This document shows positions 7,582 to 16,485 of a stretch of 46,057 bases of DNA, one piece after another. The position numbers and the translations under genes are program-made. The notes below the pieces were generated by a model. The model saw nothing but the letters and a program-made list of their open reading frames with translations, made no database searches and was not told the origin of the DNA. Numbering within the stretch: position 1 is the first letter of the stretch; every line of letters begins with the position of its first letter. The stretch is from contig NZ_JBATHY010000032.1 in NCBI RefSeq assembly GCF_049667325.1, positions 1-46,057 on the forward strand, read 5' to 3'. This stretch comes from Parasphingorhabdus sp. (GTDB lineage Bacteria > Pseudomonadota > Alphaproteobacteria > Sphingomonadales > Sphingomonadaceae).

Positions 7582-7876
7582 GCCGGCTGACATTGCTTGT
7601 TCGGAACATTATTGAGCGACATCATGTTATAAATTCTCGTTTTTTGACGCTAGAGTTTAGCTGATCGGACAGCTCACGCCAACGCATTACGTTTAAGTGA
7701 TTATAATTTCAACAAAAACTCTGCGTTTGTGGCGGTTTGCAGGGGCCTCAATCACTTTGTTCCAAAGTGACACAAGCCATTTAACGGCTGCGGTCGGCAA
7801 ATTTCACCGGAGTTCGACAGCCAAACTTTCCAATCTGGTCGCAACTGACTAATTGAAATTAGAATGTCGCATGGCT

Positions 7877-7902
7877 TTAAGATTTCTACCCTTCACCGTT
7901 AA
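7877..7902 (+). promoter_or_regulatory. sigma28-type promoter TTAA-N14-ACCGTTAA upstream of sthA
   Basis: Shares TCACCGTTAAC (11 nt) with the fliC promoter; 23 nt upstream of the ATG. Confidence 0.6.
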
Positions 7903-7925
7903 CCATAGCGTGAAGGGAACAACAC

Positions 7926-9347
7926 ATGGCTGAATATGACTATGACTTTGTGATTATCGGAGGAGGGCCCGCTGGTCGTCGAGCCGCGATCCAGGCATCA
8001 AAACTCGGAAAATCCGTGGCTGTGGTTGACGACCAGAAACTGATCGGTGGTGTCTCTGTTCACACCGGCACCTTGCCATCAAAAACGATCCGTGAATCGG
8101 TGCTATCCGTCACGGGCTGGCGAGATCAACATTTCAAGTCCCGACAGCATCGCGACGGCGTCAAGATGATGCAAGATTCCATCAATTCCCGCCTTTCGAC
8201 AACATTGGGAGATGAAGTCGAGGTCATCGATAGCCAGCTCGCACGAAACAATGTGCGAATACTGAAGGGAAGAGCTAAGTTTTCGGGTATCCACAAGCTA
8301 GCAATTCAGCAAAACTCCCAAGGCAAAAAGACAAGTTTTTCGGTCACTGCTGACAAGTTTCTGATTGCCGTCGGTACCAAGCCGTTTCGACCCAAAAATA
8401 TCCCGTTCAACGGCACCACCGTGATCGACAGCGATAGTGTCGCCGCAAATCTGCCGATGCCCAAAAGCATAACGGTAGTTGGCGGAGGCGTCATAGGTCT
8501 CGAATATGCGACAATTTTTTCAACATTGGAAATCCCGGTAACGGTCGTTGAAGCACGCGAACGGATTTTGGAATTCATCGATCGCGATATCGTGGCAAAT
8601 TTTGTTCATCAACTTACGGAACGCGGGATCAGTCTTCGATTGGGCCGAAAAATCAACAAAATAACCCTGGATGATCACAACTGCCCAAACATCCTATTGG
8701 ATGACGGCCGACAACTTCGGTCTGAAATGCTTTTGTTCACAGCAGGTCGTGTAGGCGCGGTGGACAATCTCGGTCTGGAGAAAGTCGGGATTGAATGCGA
8801 TAGTCGCGGACGGCTGGTTGTCGACAGGGAATCCCTGCAAACAAGCCAACCGAACATTTATGCAGCTGGCGATATTATCGGATTCCCGGCTTTGGCCTCC
8901 ACTTCGATGGAACAGGGGCGTCAGGCTGCATGCCATGCCTTTGGCGTGCCAATCAATCATTCGGGAAATAGTTTTCCATTGGGCATTTATTCGATTCCCG
9001 AAATCGCCAGTATTGGCCTGTCCGAAGAAGACGCACGGCTTAAGGGTTACCAGGTAGAAATCGGCGTTGCGCGTTTCCAGGAAACGTCCCGCGGTCATAT
9101 TCTTGGAAATTGCAAAGGCATGCTCAAATGTATTTTTGACCTCAGCGATCGGAAGCTGCTGGGTGTCCATATCGTAGGAGAGGGTGCGACAGAATTGATC
9201 CATATCGGACAAGCAGTAATCAATTTAAACGGTGGAATTGATTATCTGTCTGACAATGTTTTCAATTTTCCAACGCTTGCCGAAGCTTACAAAGTAGCTG
9301 CCTTGGATGCCTATAACCGGCTGCCAAAGCCCAGACTGAGGGCATGA
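7926..9347 (+). CDS. sthA: soluble (Si-specific) NAD(P)+ transhydrogenase
   Basis: IGGGPAG FAD motif; GGVSVHTGTLPSKT (no CxxxxC redox disulfide); VGGGVIGLEYA; GFPALASTSMEQGR; VFNFPTLAEAYKVAA. Confidence 0.93.
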   Translation: MAEYDYDFVIIGGGPAGRRAAIQASKLGKSVAVVDDQKLIGGVSVHTGTLPSKTIRESVLSVTGWRDQHFKSRQHRDGVKMMQDSINSRLSTTLGDEVEVIDSQLARNNVRILKGRAKFSGIHKLAIQQNSQGKKTSFSVTADKFLIAVGTKPFRPKNIPFNGTTVIDSDSVAANLPMPKSITVVGGGVIGLEYATIFSTLEIPVTVVEARERILEFIDRDIVANFVHQLTERGISLRLGRKINKITLDDHNCPNILLDDGRQLRSEMLLFTAGRVGAVDNLGLEKVGIECDSRGRLVVDRESLQTSQPNIYAAGDIIGFPALASTSMEQGRQAACHAFGVPINHSGNSFPLGIYSIPEIASIGLSEEDARLKGYQVEIGVARFQETSRGHILGNCKGMLKCIFDLSDRKLLGVHIVGEGATELIHIGQAVINLNGGIDYLSDNVFNFPTLAEAYKVAALDAYNRLPKPRLRA

Positions 9348-9348
9348 A

Positions 9349-10458
9349 GTGAAGATCGATATAAAGAATATCCTGGAATCCTACCTGCGCGAAAAGCGTG
9401 GTGAAGTCGCATGTCCGGTCTGTACCGACCAGGAAGGCGAATATTCCCCGTTGGCTGAGATAAGAAATTTTCTGGCGCTCCATAATCTGTCACTCAACGC
9501 GAAAAACCTTGAGATAACTTGGGAGTATCTTTGTGGTGACAACAATGAATTGAAGGCGGAATTGGATAAGGCCATATCAGCTTCTGAAATCAATAATGAA
9601 TCGGTGATCGACCTGCACGAAAAACATTTCAACGTCGATATCGGCGCACAGATTGAGAGGATTTTTCTGCAAGCTGTCGAGCAAATTCGCAATACGACAC
9701 AGTTGTTGAGTACCGGCAGCAAGAACGCTGTCCGGCACGAGAACCAGTTGATCGAGCAGGCCAAAAATATTCGAGGCGGGAAAGATAGCCTCGAAAACGC
9801 AATTCAAAAGATGTTGAATCTATCTCGATTAATGGTGGAATCTACCCGTGAAAACCAGATACAGATTACACATACTAACGAAAAGCTCGCAGAGCTGCAG
9901 AAAGATCTGGAAGTTGCAAGAAGCGAAGCTGATCATGACAAGTTGACGCGGCTACCCAATCGTCGAAAATTCGATCGGGATTTCGATATCGTCTTTCAAA
10001 GAATGCAAGACGAGCAACGGCCGTTTGTTTTGGCCTTTGTCGATGTCGATCACTTTAAACGCATTAATGACACTTTCGGTCACGACTGCGGCGATCGTGT
10101 CCTTCGAATGATTGCAGATCAATTGTTTCTACTGTCAAATAATCGTTGTAATATTTCTCGCTACGGCGGAGAAGAATTTGCGGTATTATTTGAAGATGCT
10201 GAAATGGACTGTGCGTTTGAAAGAATCGAGGCTTGTCGCCTTGAGCTGTCGAAAAAATCTCTCGTGGACATTGGATCTGGAGAACCTATTGGCAGAGTGA
10301 CTTTCTCGGCAGGCATGGCCCAATGTTTGCCGTCTGATACCAAGCAGACGCTTCTGAGAAAGGCTGACGGTGCGCTCTACAATGCGAAATCGGAAGGCCG
10401 AAATATGGTATCGAAATATTCTAATGGTTTCGAGAACCGCAGGGCTTCTGATCGCTAA
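9349..10458 (+). CDS. cytoplasmic diguanylate cyclase (helical/coiled-coil N-terminus + GGDEF; DgcB/VdcA-like architecture)
   Basis: DKLTRLPNRR, DVDHFKRINDTFGHDCGD, RYGGEEF, ADGALYNAKSEGRN. Confidence 0.92.
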   Translation: MKIDIKNILESYLREKRGEVACPVCTDQEGEYSPLAEIRNFLALHNLSLNAKNLEITWEYLCGDNNELKAELDKAISASEINNESVIDLHEKHFNVDIGAQIERIFLQAVEQIRNTTQLLSTGSKNAVRHENQLIEQAKNIRGGKDSLENAIQKMLNLSRLMVESTRENQIQITHTNEKLAELQKDLEVARSEADHDKLTRLPNRRKFDRDFDIVFQRMQDEQRPFVLAFVDVDHFKRINDTFGHDCGDRVLRMIADQLFLLSNNRCNISRYGGEEFAVLFEDAEMDCAFERIEACRLELSKKSLVDIGSGEPIGRVTFSAGMAQCLPSDTKQTLLRKADGALYNAKSEGRNMVSKYSNGFENRRASDR

Positions 10459-10730
10459 CATCCATATCGCAAAATATACTTGAACGTATCGACATCGCTG
10501 TAGCATCGTGCCGACATCCAACAGAATCGTTGCACTCTCCTTTGCCTTGGCGATATCTCAAGCGCGTTGGCAGGCATGATCCCTAATGATGCTGGTGTTG
10601 TTGCGCCGGTTCGTCACATGCCGTCCCCGCCCAAGGCGCATTGGCCGAGAATAAATCATCCATCACCGAACGAAGCAGAAATCCCGTGATGTTAAGCAAT
10701 ATACGCTGCATCGCCGGCTCTCCATATGCA

Positions 10731-10764
10731 ATTGGGTAGGACGATAATAATCGTCCTACCCAAT
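10731..10764. repeat. perfect 15-bp inverted repeat ATTGGGTAGGACGAT-AATA-ATCGTCCTACCCAAT
   Basis: Read directly; lies between the convergent cyclase and motB genes. Confidence 0.85.
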
Positions 10765-10979
10765 CCTGAAGAGCGCATACCAGGTGCACTGCATTCACCA
10801 AGGCTGTGGCCTGCGGGGGCTGAACAGCCTCAGTAGAAAGTTTTCAACCTTTCTTGCTGAGCGTTATCCGAATCCGAGCCGCTTAGATCAAATCATATCC
10901 GATCCGATTTGGCGAAATAAGACGTTTTTATATCCAAAATGGGGATGACGTTGGACGGCTGACAAGGCTTTGACGCCGG

Positions 10980-11837
10980 TCAGTTCCGTTTCATGGTGAT
11001 GGAAATGCGCCTATTCCGGTCATCCATCCGGTCTTTCGGATTATAGGGCTCGGTATCGGCCACTCCTTCAATGCGCGCCATACGGGTATTCATAATACCC
11101 TGAAGCACCATTTCCTTCCGGGTTGCCTCGGCTCTGGCCGACGAAAGGAGCCAATTGTTCATATTTTTCCCGCTTGCGTAGGGCAAGCTGTCGGTATGTC
11201 CCCTGATGACGAGCAGGTTGTCAACTGTATCAATGATTTTGGTCACCTCGCCGATCAATATTTTGGCTTTGGGGTTCAGACTGTCGGTGGCCAGCGCGAA
11301 CATGCTGAAATTGGCTTCATCGATCAGATCAATACGCAGGCCTTCAACGGTATCTGTGAACCGAATATTTTTGAGCAGAGCCAGTTTTTCCGGATCTTTC
11401 TTGAGCTGTTCCCGAAGCTGCTTTTCAAATTCTTTGGCATCCATTTTTCGGGCGCTACTGCTGCTTTTGCCCTGGTCATCTTGAGTGCCTGTCGCATCGC
11501 GAGGAATGGTTATCGATTGCGTACCAGTCTGCTTCGCTCCGTGCGGATAATTATCCTTGGCAGTTAGAGAATCTCCGCCAAACATACCGTCGGAACCGGC
11601 GCTTTCTTGGCGAAACTCGACCAGCGTAGGGGCGAAATAGTCCGCTAATCCTTTGCGCTGTTTCTCGTCAGTGGCTCCCAGTAACCACATCAAAAGAAAG
11701 AATGCCATCATTGCGGTCACGAAATCGGCATAAGCCACTTTCCAGGCACCACCATGATGGCCGGCATGTTGCTCCATGATAATTTTTTTGACAATGATTG
11801 GCGGTTGATTTGAACCCGCATCAGCTTTCTTTGCCAT
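10980..11837 (-). CDS. motB: flagellar stator protein MotB
   Basis: HHGGAWKVAYADFVTAMMAFFLLMWL; OmpA-like GHTD...NWLLSSARA...NRRI. Confidence 0.96.
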   Translation of the reverse strand: MAKKADAGSNQPPIIVKKIIMEQHAGHHGGAWKVAYADFVTAMMAFFLLMWLLGATDEKQRKGLADYFAPTLVEFRQESAGSDGMFGGDSLTAKDNYPHGAKQTGTQSITIPRDATGTQDDQGKSSSSARKMDAKEFEKQLREQLKKDPEKLALLKNIRFTDTVEGLRIDLIDEANFSMFALATDSLNPKAKILIGEVTKIIDTVDNLLVIRGHTDSLPYASGKNMNNWLLSSARAEATRKEMVLQGIMNTRMARIEGVADTEPYNPKDRMDDRNRRISITMKRN

Positions 11838-11840
11838 CGA

Positions 11841-12704
11841 TCAACGTGCCCTTATTGCATCGAAAACATCGGCAAAGCTGGGCTGGTTAGCATGTTGCAA
11901 ACTGGTGCGTGCTGCTTCGATGATCAATGGTTGCGGATGGCCATGTAGGCTTGCGATGATGATCTGTTTGGCCACCTGATAGATAGTGCCATCGCTTTCG
12001 ATCACAGTACGTGCACGAAGGGCCATTGGCCCAACAAAACCGTATGCGAGCAATACGCCCAAAAACGTTCCGACCAGTGCGGAGCCGATCATCGCGCCGA
12101 GAACGGCCGGTGGCTGGTCGATCGCACCCATCGTTTTGACAACGCCGAGAACGGCTGCAACAATACCAAGAGCCGGCAAGGCGTCGGCGAGGTTCTGAAG
12201 ATTGTCGGCGGGCCCGATCGCTTCGTGGTGATGGGTTTTGATACTTTGATCCATAACGTCTTCGACTGCATATGGGTCAAGCGTTCCGGAGGAAACCACG
12301 ACCAGGCGCAGGCTGTCCGCGATCAGATGGACCAGTGTATCGTCTTTGAGCAGCTTTGGATATTCGCTGAATATCGGCGAAGATTTCGGGTCCTCGATAT
12401 GTGGCTCCAGCGCTACCGGCCCTTCGCTCTTGAGAATCTTGGTCAATTTGGACGTGAGAAGGATGCAGTCCATGAAATCCTGTTTGACGTAGGTCGGACC
12501 CTTGAACACTTTGCCGAAGCCACCCATCAGTGCCTTCAGCTGTGCGCCTGAGTTGCCGATTATCAGTGCGCCTACAGCGGAACCGCCGATAATACCCATC
12601 TCGATTGGTAGAGCATGCAAGACCACGCCCATGTCGCCACCCGAAAGCATGAATACGCCAAAAACCATGACGAGCAGAACGACTATACCAATTGCGGCAA
12701 ACAT
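11841..12704 (-). CDS. motA: flagellar stator protein MotA
   Basis: ALEPHIEDP, ADALPALGIVAAVLGVVKTM, ALVGTFLGVLLAYG. Confidence 0.96.
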   Translation of the reverse strand: MFAAIGIVVLLVMVFGVFMLSGGDMGVVLHALPIEMGIIGGSAVGALIIGNSGAQLKALMGGFGKVFKGPTYVKQDFMDCILLTSKLTKILKSEGPVALEPHIEDPKSSPIFSEYPKLLKDDTLVHLIADSLRLVVVSSGTLDPYAVEDVMDQSIKTHHHEAIGPADNLQNLADALPALGIVAAVLGVVKTMGAIDQPPAVLGAMIGSALVGTFLGVLLAYGFVGPMALRARTVIESDGTIYQVAKQIIIASLHGHPQPLIIEAARTSLQHANQPSFADVFDAIRAR

Positions 12705-12785
12705 ATATCAATTTCCCCATCAACGGACTCGGATTGCGAAGTTTGCTCCCTGTTCAGTGAATTCAGGAAACAAACATTGTTATGA

Positions 12786-12812
12786 TGAACGGAAAAAAAA
12801 GCTTATGGTTAA
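12786..12812 (-). promoter_or_regulatory. sigma28-type promoter TTAA-N15-TCCGTTCA for motAB
   Basis: Motif match in the flgL-motA gap. Confidence 0.55.
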
Positions 12813-12840
12813 GGGCCTGATAGCAATGAATCCGGCGCGC

Positions 12841-13686
12841 CTAGGGTATCAACTGCATTAGAGTCGTGCTGGTGGATTTTGCGTATAGTCTCTGCGCCGC
12901 CTCGAGATTAACCAGCAGGGACTGGAAACGCGAAACAGCCTCTGTCACATCGGTACTTTCCAGCACGGTTCGTCTCTCGCTCGATGTGAGCTGAGACTTT
13001 TGCAGGCGGTTTTCTTGGTCATCGAGGCGATTGACCAGCATCCCCTGATTGGCGAGCAGGTTCGAAAAATGGTTGATCAGCGAATCTGCCCGGCCGAGCT
13101 GGTCGGCTCGGTCAGTTGCGGTCCCGGTTCGGATCGCGGTGATCATTTCGTCCATAATCGTATCGAGATCACTGGTGCCGCCTCCGATATCTATGGACTG
13201 GGCAACAGTTTGAAAATTGGGTGAGGGTGTCACCAGTACGTTTGTATCGATCCTCATTTCAATCGGGTCACCGGCATGGAATAATTGACCGCCATAGCTG
13301 TCTTGAGCTTGCGTGAGCTGATTGAACTGGACGCGCAGGTTGTCGAGTTCATTAGCAATCACTGCGCGATCTTCAGGAGAAAGAGTCCCGTTGTTACCCT
13401 GGATGACCAATTCCTTGGCCCTGATAGAGCCGCTGGAAATTGTGTCGATGGAGGATTCGGCTTGCTGTGCCATAATACCTGCACGACCGATGTTGTTGAG
13501 CCATGAATTTTCGATTGCGGCTTTACGACCGAGGCTAGATATCTCTAGCCAACTGGAAGGTGCTTCTGAAGGCCGGGAAAAGCTTTTACCACTTGCAATG
13601 GATTCCTGTGTCTTACCGATAAGCGTGGACAATTCTGATTGCTTTTGAATGGCATCATTGGGCCTGTTTCTGTTGATCGATTCCAT
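12841..13686 (-). CDS. flgL: hook-filament junction protein FlgL
   Basis: Flagellin-like N-terminus (QESIASGK...PSEAP, NGTLSPEDR) and C-terminus (D.TEAVS...LEAAQ); follows flgK. Confidence 0.88.
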   Translation of the reverse strand: MESINRNRPNDAIQKQSELSTLIGKTQESIASGKSFSRPSEAPSSWLEISSLGRKAAIENSWLNNIGRAGIMAQQAESSIDTISSGSIRAKELVIQGNNGTLSPEDRAVIANELDNLRVQFNQLTQAQDSYGGQLFHAGDPIEMRIDTNVLVTPSPNFQTVAQSIDIGGGTSDLDTIMDEMITAIRTGTATDRADQLGRADSLINHFSNLLANQGMLVNRLDDQENRLQKSQLTSSERRTVLESTDVTEAVSRFQSLLVNLEAAQRLYAKSTSTTLMQLIP

Positions 13687-13711
13687 GGTTTTTTCCTTTG
13701 CGCGCGATCAA

Positions 13712-15046
13712 CTAGAAGATGGCGAGGACGGATTGTATCGTTTCCCGTGCGACCTGTATGACGCGCGCGGCCGCTTCGTAGGATTGTTGCAGTCGGATAA
13801 GGTCAGCCGCTTCGCGATCAAGGTCAACGCTCGAAATATTGTTACGCGCTTCGCGGGTAGCGCGGTCAAATGCCGTTGCGGCCTTGCTCTCGCTGCGGGC
13901 CGTCAACAAAGATTGCGCCTGTCCGATTGCTATTTTCTCATAGCCTTGTTCGGTGCCCGTCGCGGTGCGCAAGTCGACAAACGCCAGGATATTGCCATTG
14001 GCTACGCCGGCAGCCGAGGCGAGGGCAAGATCATCTGCGGAAAGTCCGGTAATCGAAAGGCTTGCAGCGGTACCGCTGTGGGAAACGATCGCCGCGCCAG
14101 CGGCCCCTGCATCGGTTCGCCCATTGGCTTGCCATCCGTTGATTTCACCCGCAAATTGCACCGCTAGGCTGTCCAGATCATCGTTAAGCTTGACCAGACT
14201 TGATTGTGCGCGTTGCAACCCGCCTAAGGTTCCGTTGCTTGGTGCAGTCTGCACAGTGCCAGAGATTGAGATATCGAAACTGGCTCCGGCATTGGCAACG
14301 AAGGTCACCGGGCTGGCAATATTGAAGGCAACCAGATCGGTTCCATTGCGGGAAATATCTGCAGTACCATTATCGCCAAAACTAATCTGAACATCGAGTT
14401 TTTCAGTGATAACCGTCAATGCTGCGTCGCGACGATCGAGCAAAACCGTGTGTTGACCAGTGCCGGCGCGCGTCGGACGTAATTGCTGATTCACCTGCGC
14501 GAGTTCGCTTAACGCGGTATTCAATTCTACCGCTTCTTGGGAGGCAGCACCGTTGATCAGATTGATGGTAGATGACAGATTGAGGGCAGTTTGGTTGAAT
14601 CGGTGAACCGAAGTCTGAACATCGCCTAAAAATTGATTGCGCAACGCCGGTTCAAATGGAACTGCCGAAAGTTCCTCAGCAGTTCCGAAAAGTTGAGTCA
14701 ATTGAGCACCAATGTCCAGATCATTGTTGGAAAGTGCAATTTCTCCCTGGTTGAGCCATTGTTCAACAACCTCCCCACTGACACGGCTTGCTCCGGTCTG
14801 TCGCGTTGCCGCTTCCAGAAATTGATCGCTGGAACGCGTGATGCCATTGACCGCTACGCTTCCGGTTCCGGTATAATTGCTGTAAATGGGGTTGGTGGCG
14901 CCGTACATTGTGGTATCGCCGATGTTGAGAGATCGTCTCACATAATCGGGATTTTCTGCATTAGCGACGTTTGATCCAACGACTTCCAATGCACGGCTGT
15001 TGGCTTTTAAAGCTGCTCGTCCAATGTTGAGAAGGTCAGACATCAT
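13712..15046 (-). CDS. flgK: hook-associated protein FlgK
   Basis: ALEVVGSNVANAENPDYVRR; VDLDREAADLIRLQQSYEAAARVI. Confidence 0.94.
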   Translation of the reverse strand: MMSDLLNIGRAALKANSRALEVVGSNVANAENPDYVRRSLNIGDTTMYGATNPIYSNYTGTGSVAVNGITRSSDQFLEAATRQTGASRVSGEVVEQWLNQGEIALSNNDLDIGAQLTQLFGTAEELSAVPFEPALRNQFLGDVQTSVHRFNQTALNLSSTINLINGAASQEAVELNTALSELAQVNQQLRPTRAGTGQHTVLLDRRDAALTVITEKLDVQISFGDNGTADISRNGTDLVAFNIASPVTFVANAGASFDISISGTVQTAPSNGTLGGLQRAQSSLVKLNDDLDSLAVQFAGEINGWQANGRTDAGAAGAAIVSHSGTAASLSITGLSADDLALASAAGVANGNILAFVDLRTATGTEQGYEKIAIGQAQSLLTARSESKAATAFDRATREARNNISSVDLDREAADLIRLQQSYEAAARVIQVARETIQSVLAIF

Positions 15047-15335
15047 TATTCTCCAAATGGCGGGTTAGCAGCTGGGCTATCCCGAAAACTCCTTTTTCAG
15101 CCATAGATTCAGCGACCTTTGCATCTTGCATATCGCGAAACTGCTCGGTTCCCTGGCCGTCAAACAGCCCCTCACCCAGAGAAGACGTCCGCATCGTTTT
15201 CAGCATTTGCCGCACAAATATCGCTTCGAAATCAGCTGCCATTGACTGGATATCAGCCTGCCTTTTGTCGGCCGCAGCATTGTTCGAGCTTAAAGGCGAA
15301 GTTGCGGCAAGTGATGGGGGTGAAATTATGGTCAT
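15036..15335 (-). CDS. flgJ: short FlgJ, rod-binding/capping domain only
   Basis: AADFEAIFVRQMLKTMR...FRDMQD...GIAQLL; no muramidase domain. Confidence 0.88.
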   Translation of the reverse strand: MTIISPPSLAATSPLSSNNAAADKRQADIQSMAADFEAIFVRQMLKTMRTSSLGEGLFDGQGTEQFRDMQDAKVAESMAEKGVFGIAQLLTRHLENNDV

Positions 15336-16465
15336 ATGATGATCAATTCCGCGGACAAGGCGCCGGCCTGTTTCAATCCCTCCAATATTGCTGTTAAATC
15401 AGACGGTGAAACGCCAAGAGAATTAATAGTCTCGACGATTTCCGCGAGCGACGCGCGCCGTCCAATTTCAAAGGCCGGATTGCGGGATTCATCTAGGGCA
15501 ATATTGCTATTCTGTTCAGTTGCCGTGTTGCCGCGGCTAAACGGTGCGGGCTGGATGACTGTAGGGTTTTCTTCGACGCGAACTGTCAGCTTTCCGTGAC
15601 TTACCGCTGCGGGGCCAATGCGCACCGCGCCATTAATTACGACCGTCCCGGTCCGGGCATTGACGATGATCCGAGCAGGTGCATCAGCCGGTTTGACGAT
15701 CAGGTTTTCGATTTTCCCCATCAACATCACGCGCTCCTGTGCGCCGAGCGGGGCGGCAATACGGACCGTCACGGCATCTGCGGCAATCGCCTGTTGGGAC
15801 TGCAGGGCTTCGTTAATGGCATCTGCTACGCGCAAGGAGGTGGTCAGGTCTGCGTCGGTCAAGTTGAAGCTGAGAAAGGGCTCGCTTTCAAATCCGGTTG
15901 CAACGGTTCGTTCGATCGACGCGCCGCCGGAAATTCGGCCGACGGAGGGAATGTTGACCGTGAGCTTGGAACCATCTGCGGCGGAGACACCCAAGCCGCC
16001 GACCGCCAGATTCCCCTGAGCCATGGCATATATCTGCTGGTCAGCGCCAAAAAGAGGCATCAATATCAATGTACCACCGCGCAATGATTTTGCCTTTCCG
16101 ATGGCCGACACTGTGATGTCCAGGCGTTGGCCCGGTTTTGCGAAGGCAGGCATTTCGGCGGTGACCAAAACGGCGGCGGCATTCTTGGATGCCGGATTGA
16201 CGCCGGGAGGCAAGGTCAGGCCAAAACGGTTGGCGACACCTTTCAGGCCGACCGTGGCATATTCCAGACTATCATCGCCGGTTCCGGCTAGCCCGACGAC
16301 GACGCCGTAACCAACCAGCTGATTGGTCCGCAGACCGGCAAAAGTCCCGATGTCTTTTATCCGCTCGGCCTGGACCGGCTGGGTGACAACGAGAGCTGCT
16401 GACACCAGTGCGAGTATGGTGGCTAACCATCTGAGTGACTGGTATATTTTAGATGATTGGGGCAT
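15332..16465 (-). CDS. flgI: P-ring protein FlgI
   Basis: Signal peptide; RIKDI...NQLVGYGVVVGLAGTGD; LKQAGALSAEL. Confidence 0.97.
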   Translation of the reverse strand: MPQSSKIYQSLRWLATILALVSAALVVTQPVQAERIKDIGTFAGLRTNQLVGYGVVVGLAGTGDDSLEYATVGLKGVANRFGLTLPPGVNPASKNAAAVLVTAEMPAFAKPGQRLDITVSAIGKAKSLRGGTLILMPLFGADQQIYAMAQGNLAVGGLGVSAADGSKLTVNIPSVGRISGGASIERTVATGFESEPFLSFNLTDADLTTSLRVADAINEALQSQQAIAADAVTVRIAAPLGAQERVMLMGKIENLIVKPADAPARIIVNARTGTVVINGAVRIGPAAVSHGKLTVRVEENPTVIQPAPFSRGNTATEQNSNIALDESRNPAFEIGRRASLAEIVETINSLGVSPSDLTAILEGLKQAGALSAELIII

Positions 16466-16485
16466 ATAATCTCTTATGATTGGGG

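Noticed and set aside
3180..7900. LexA (GTTC-N7-GTTC) boxes implying SOS control of the RadC-like cassette
   Set aside because: Several GTTC/GAAC words occur, but I found none with the alphaproteobacterial direct-repeat spacing
10583..10801. 72-aa ORF or IS remnant in the cyclase-motB gap
   Set aside because: No RBS, transposase motif or terminal repeats recognisable
11680..11745. Leu at the MotB position sometimes used to predict Na+ coupling (FFLL)
   Set aside because: The rest of the TM segment and MotA are of the enteric H+ type; one residue is not a reliable predictor
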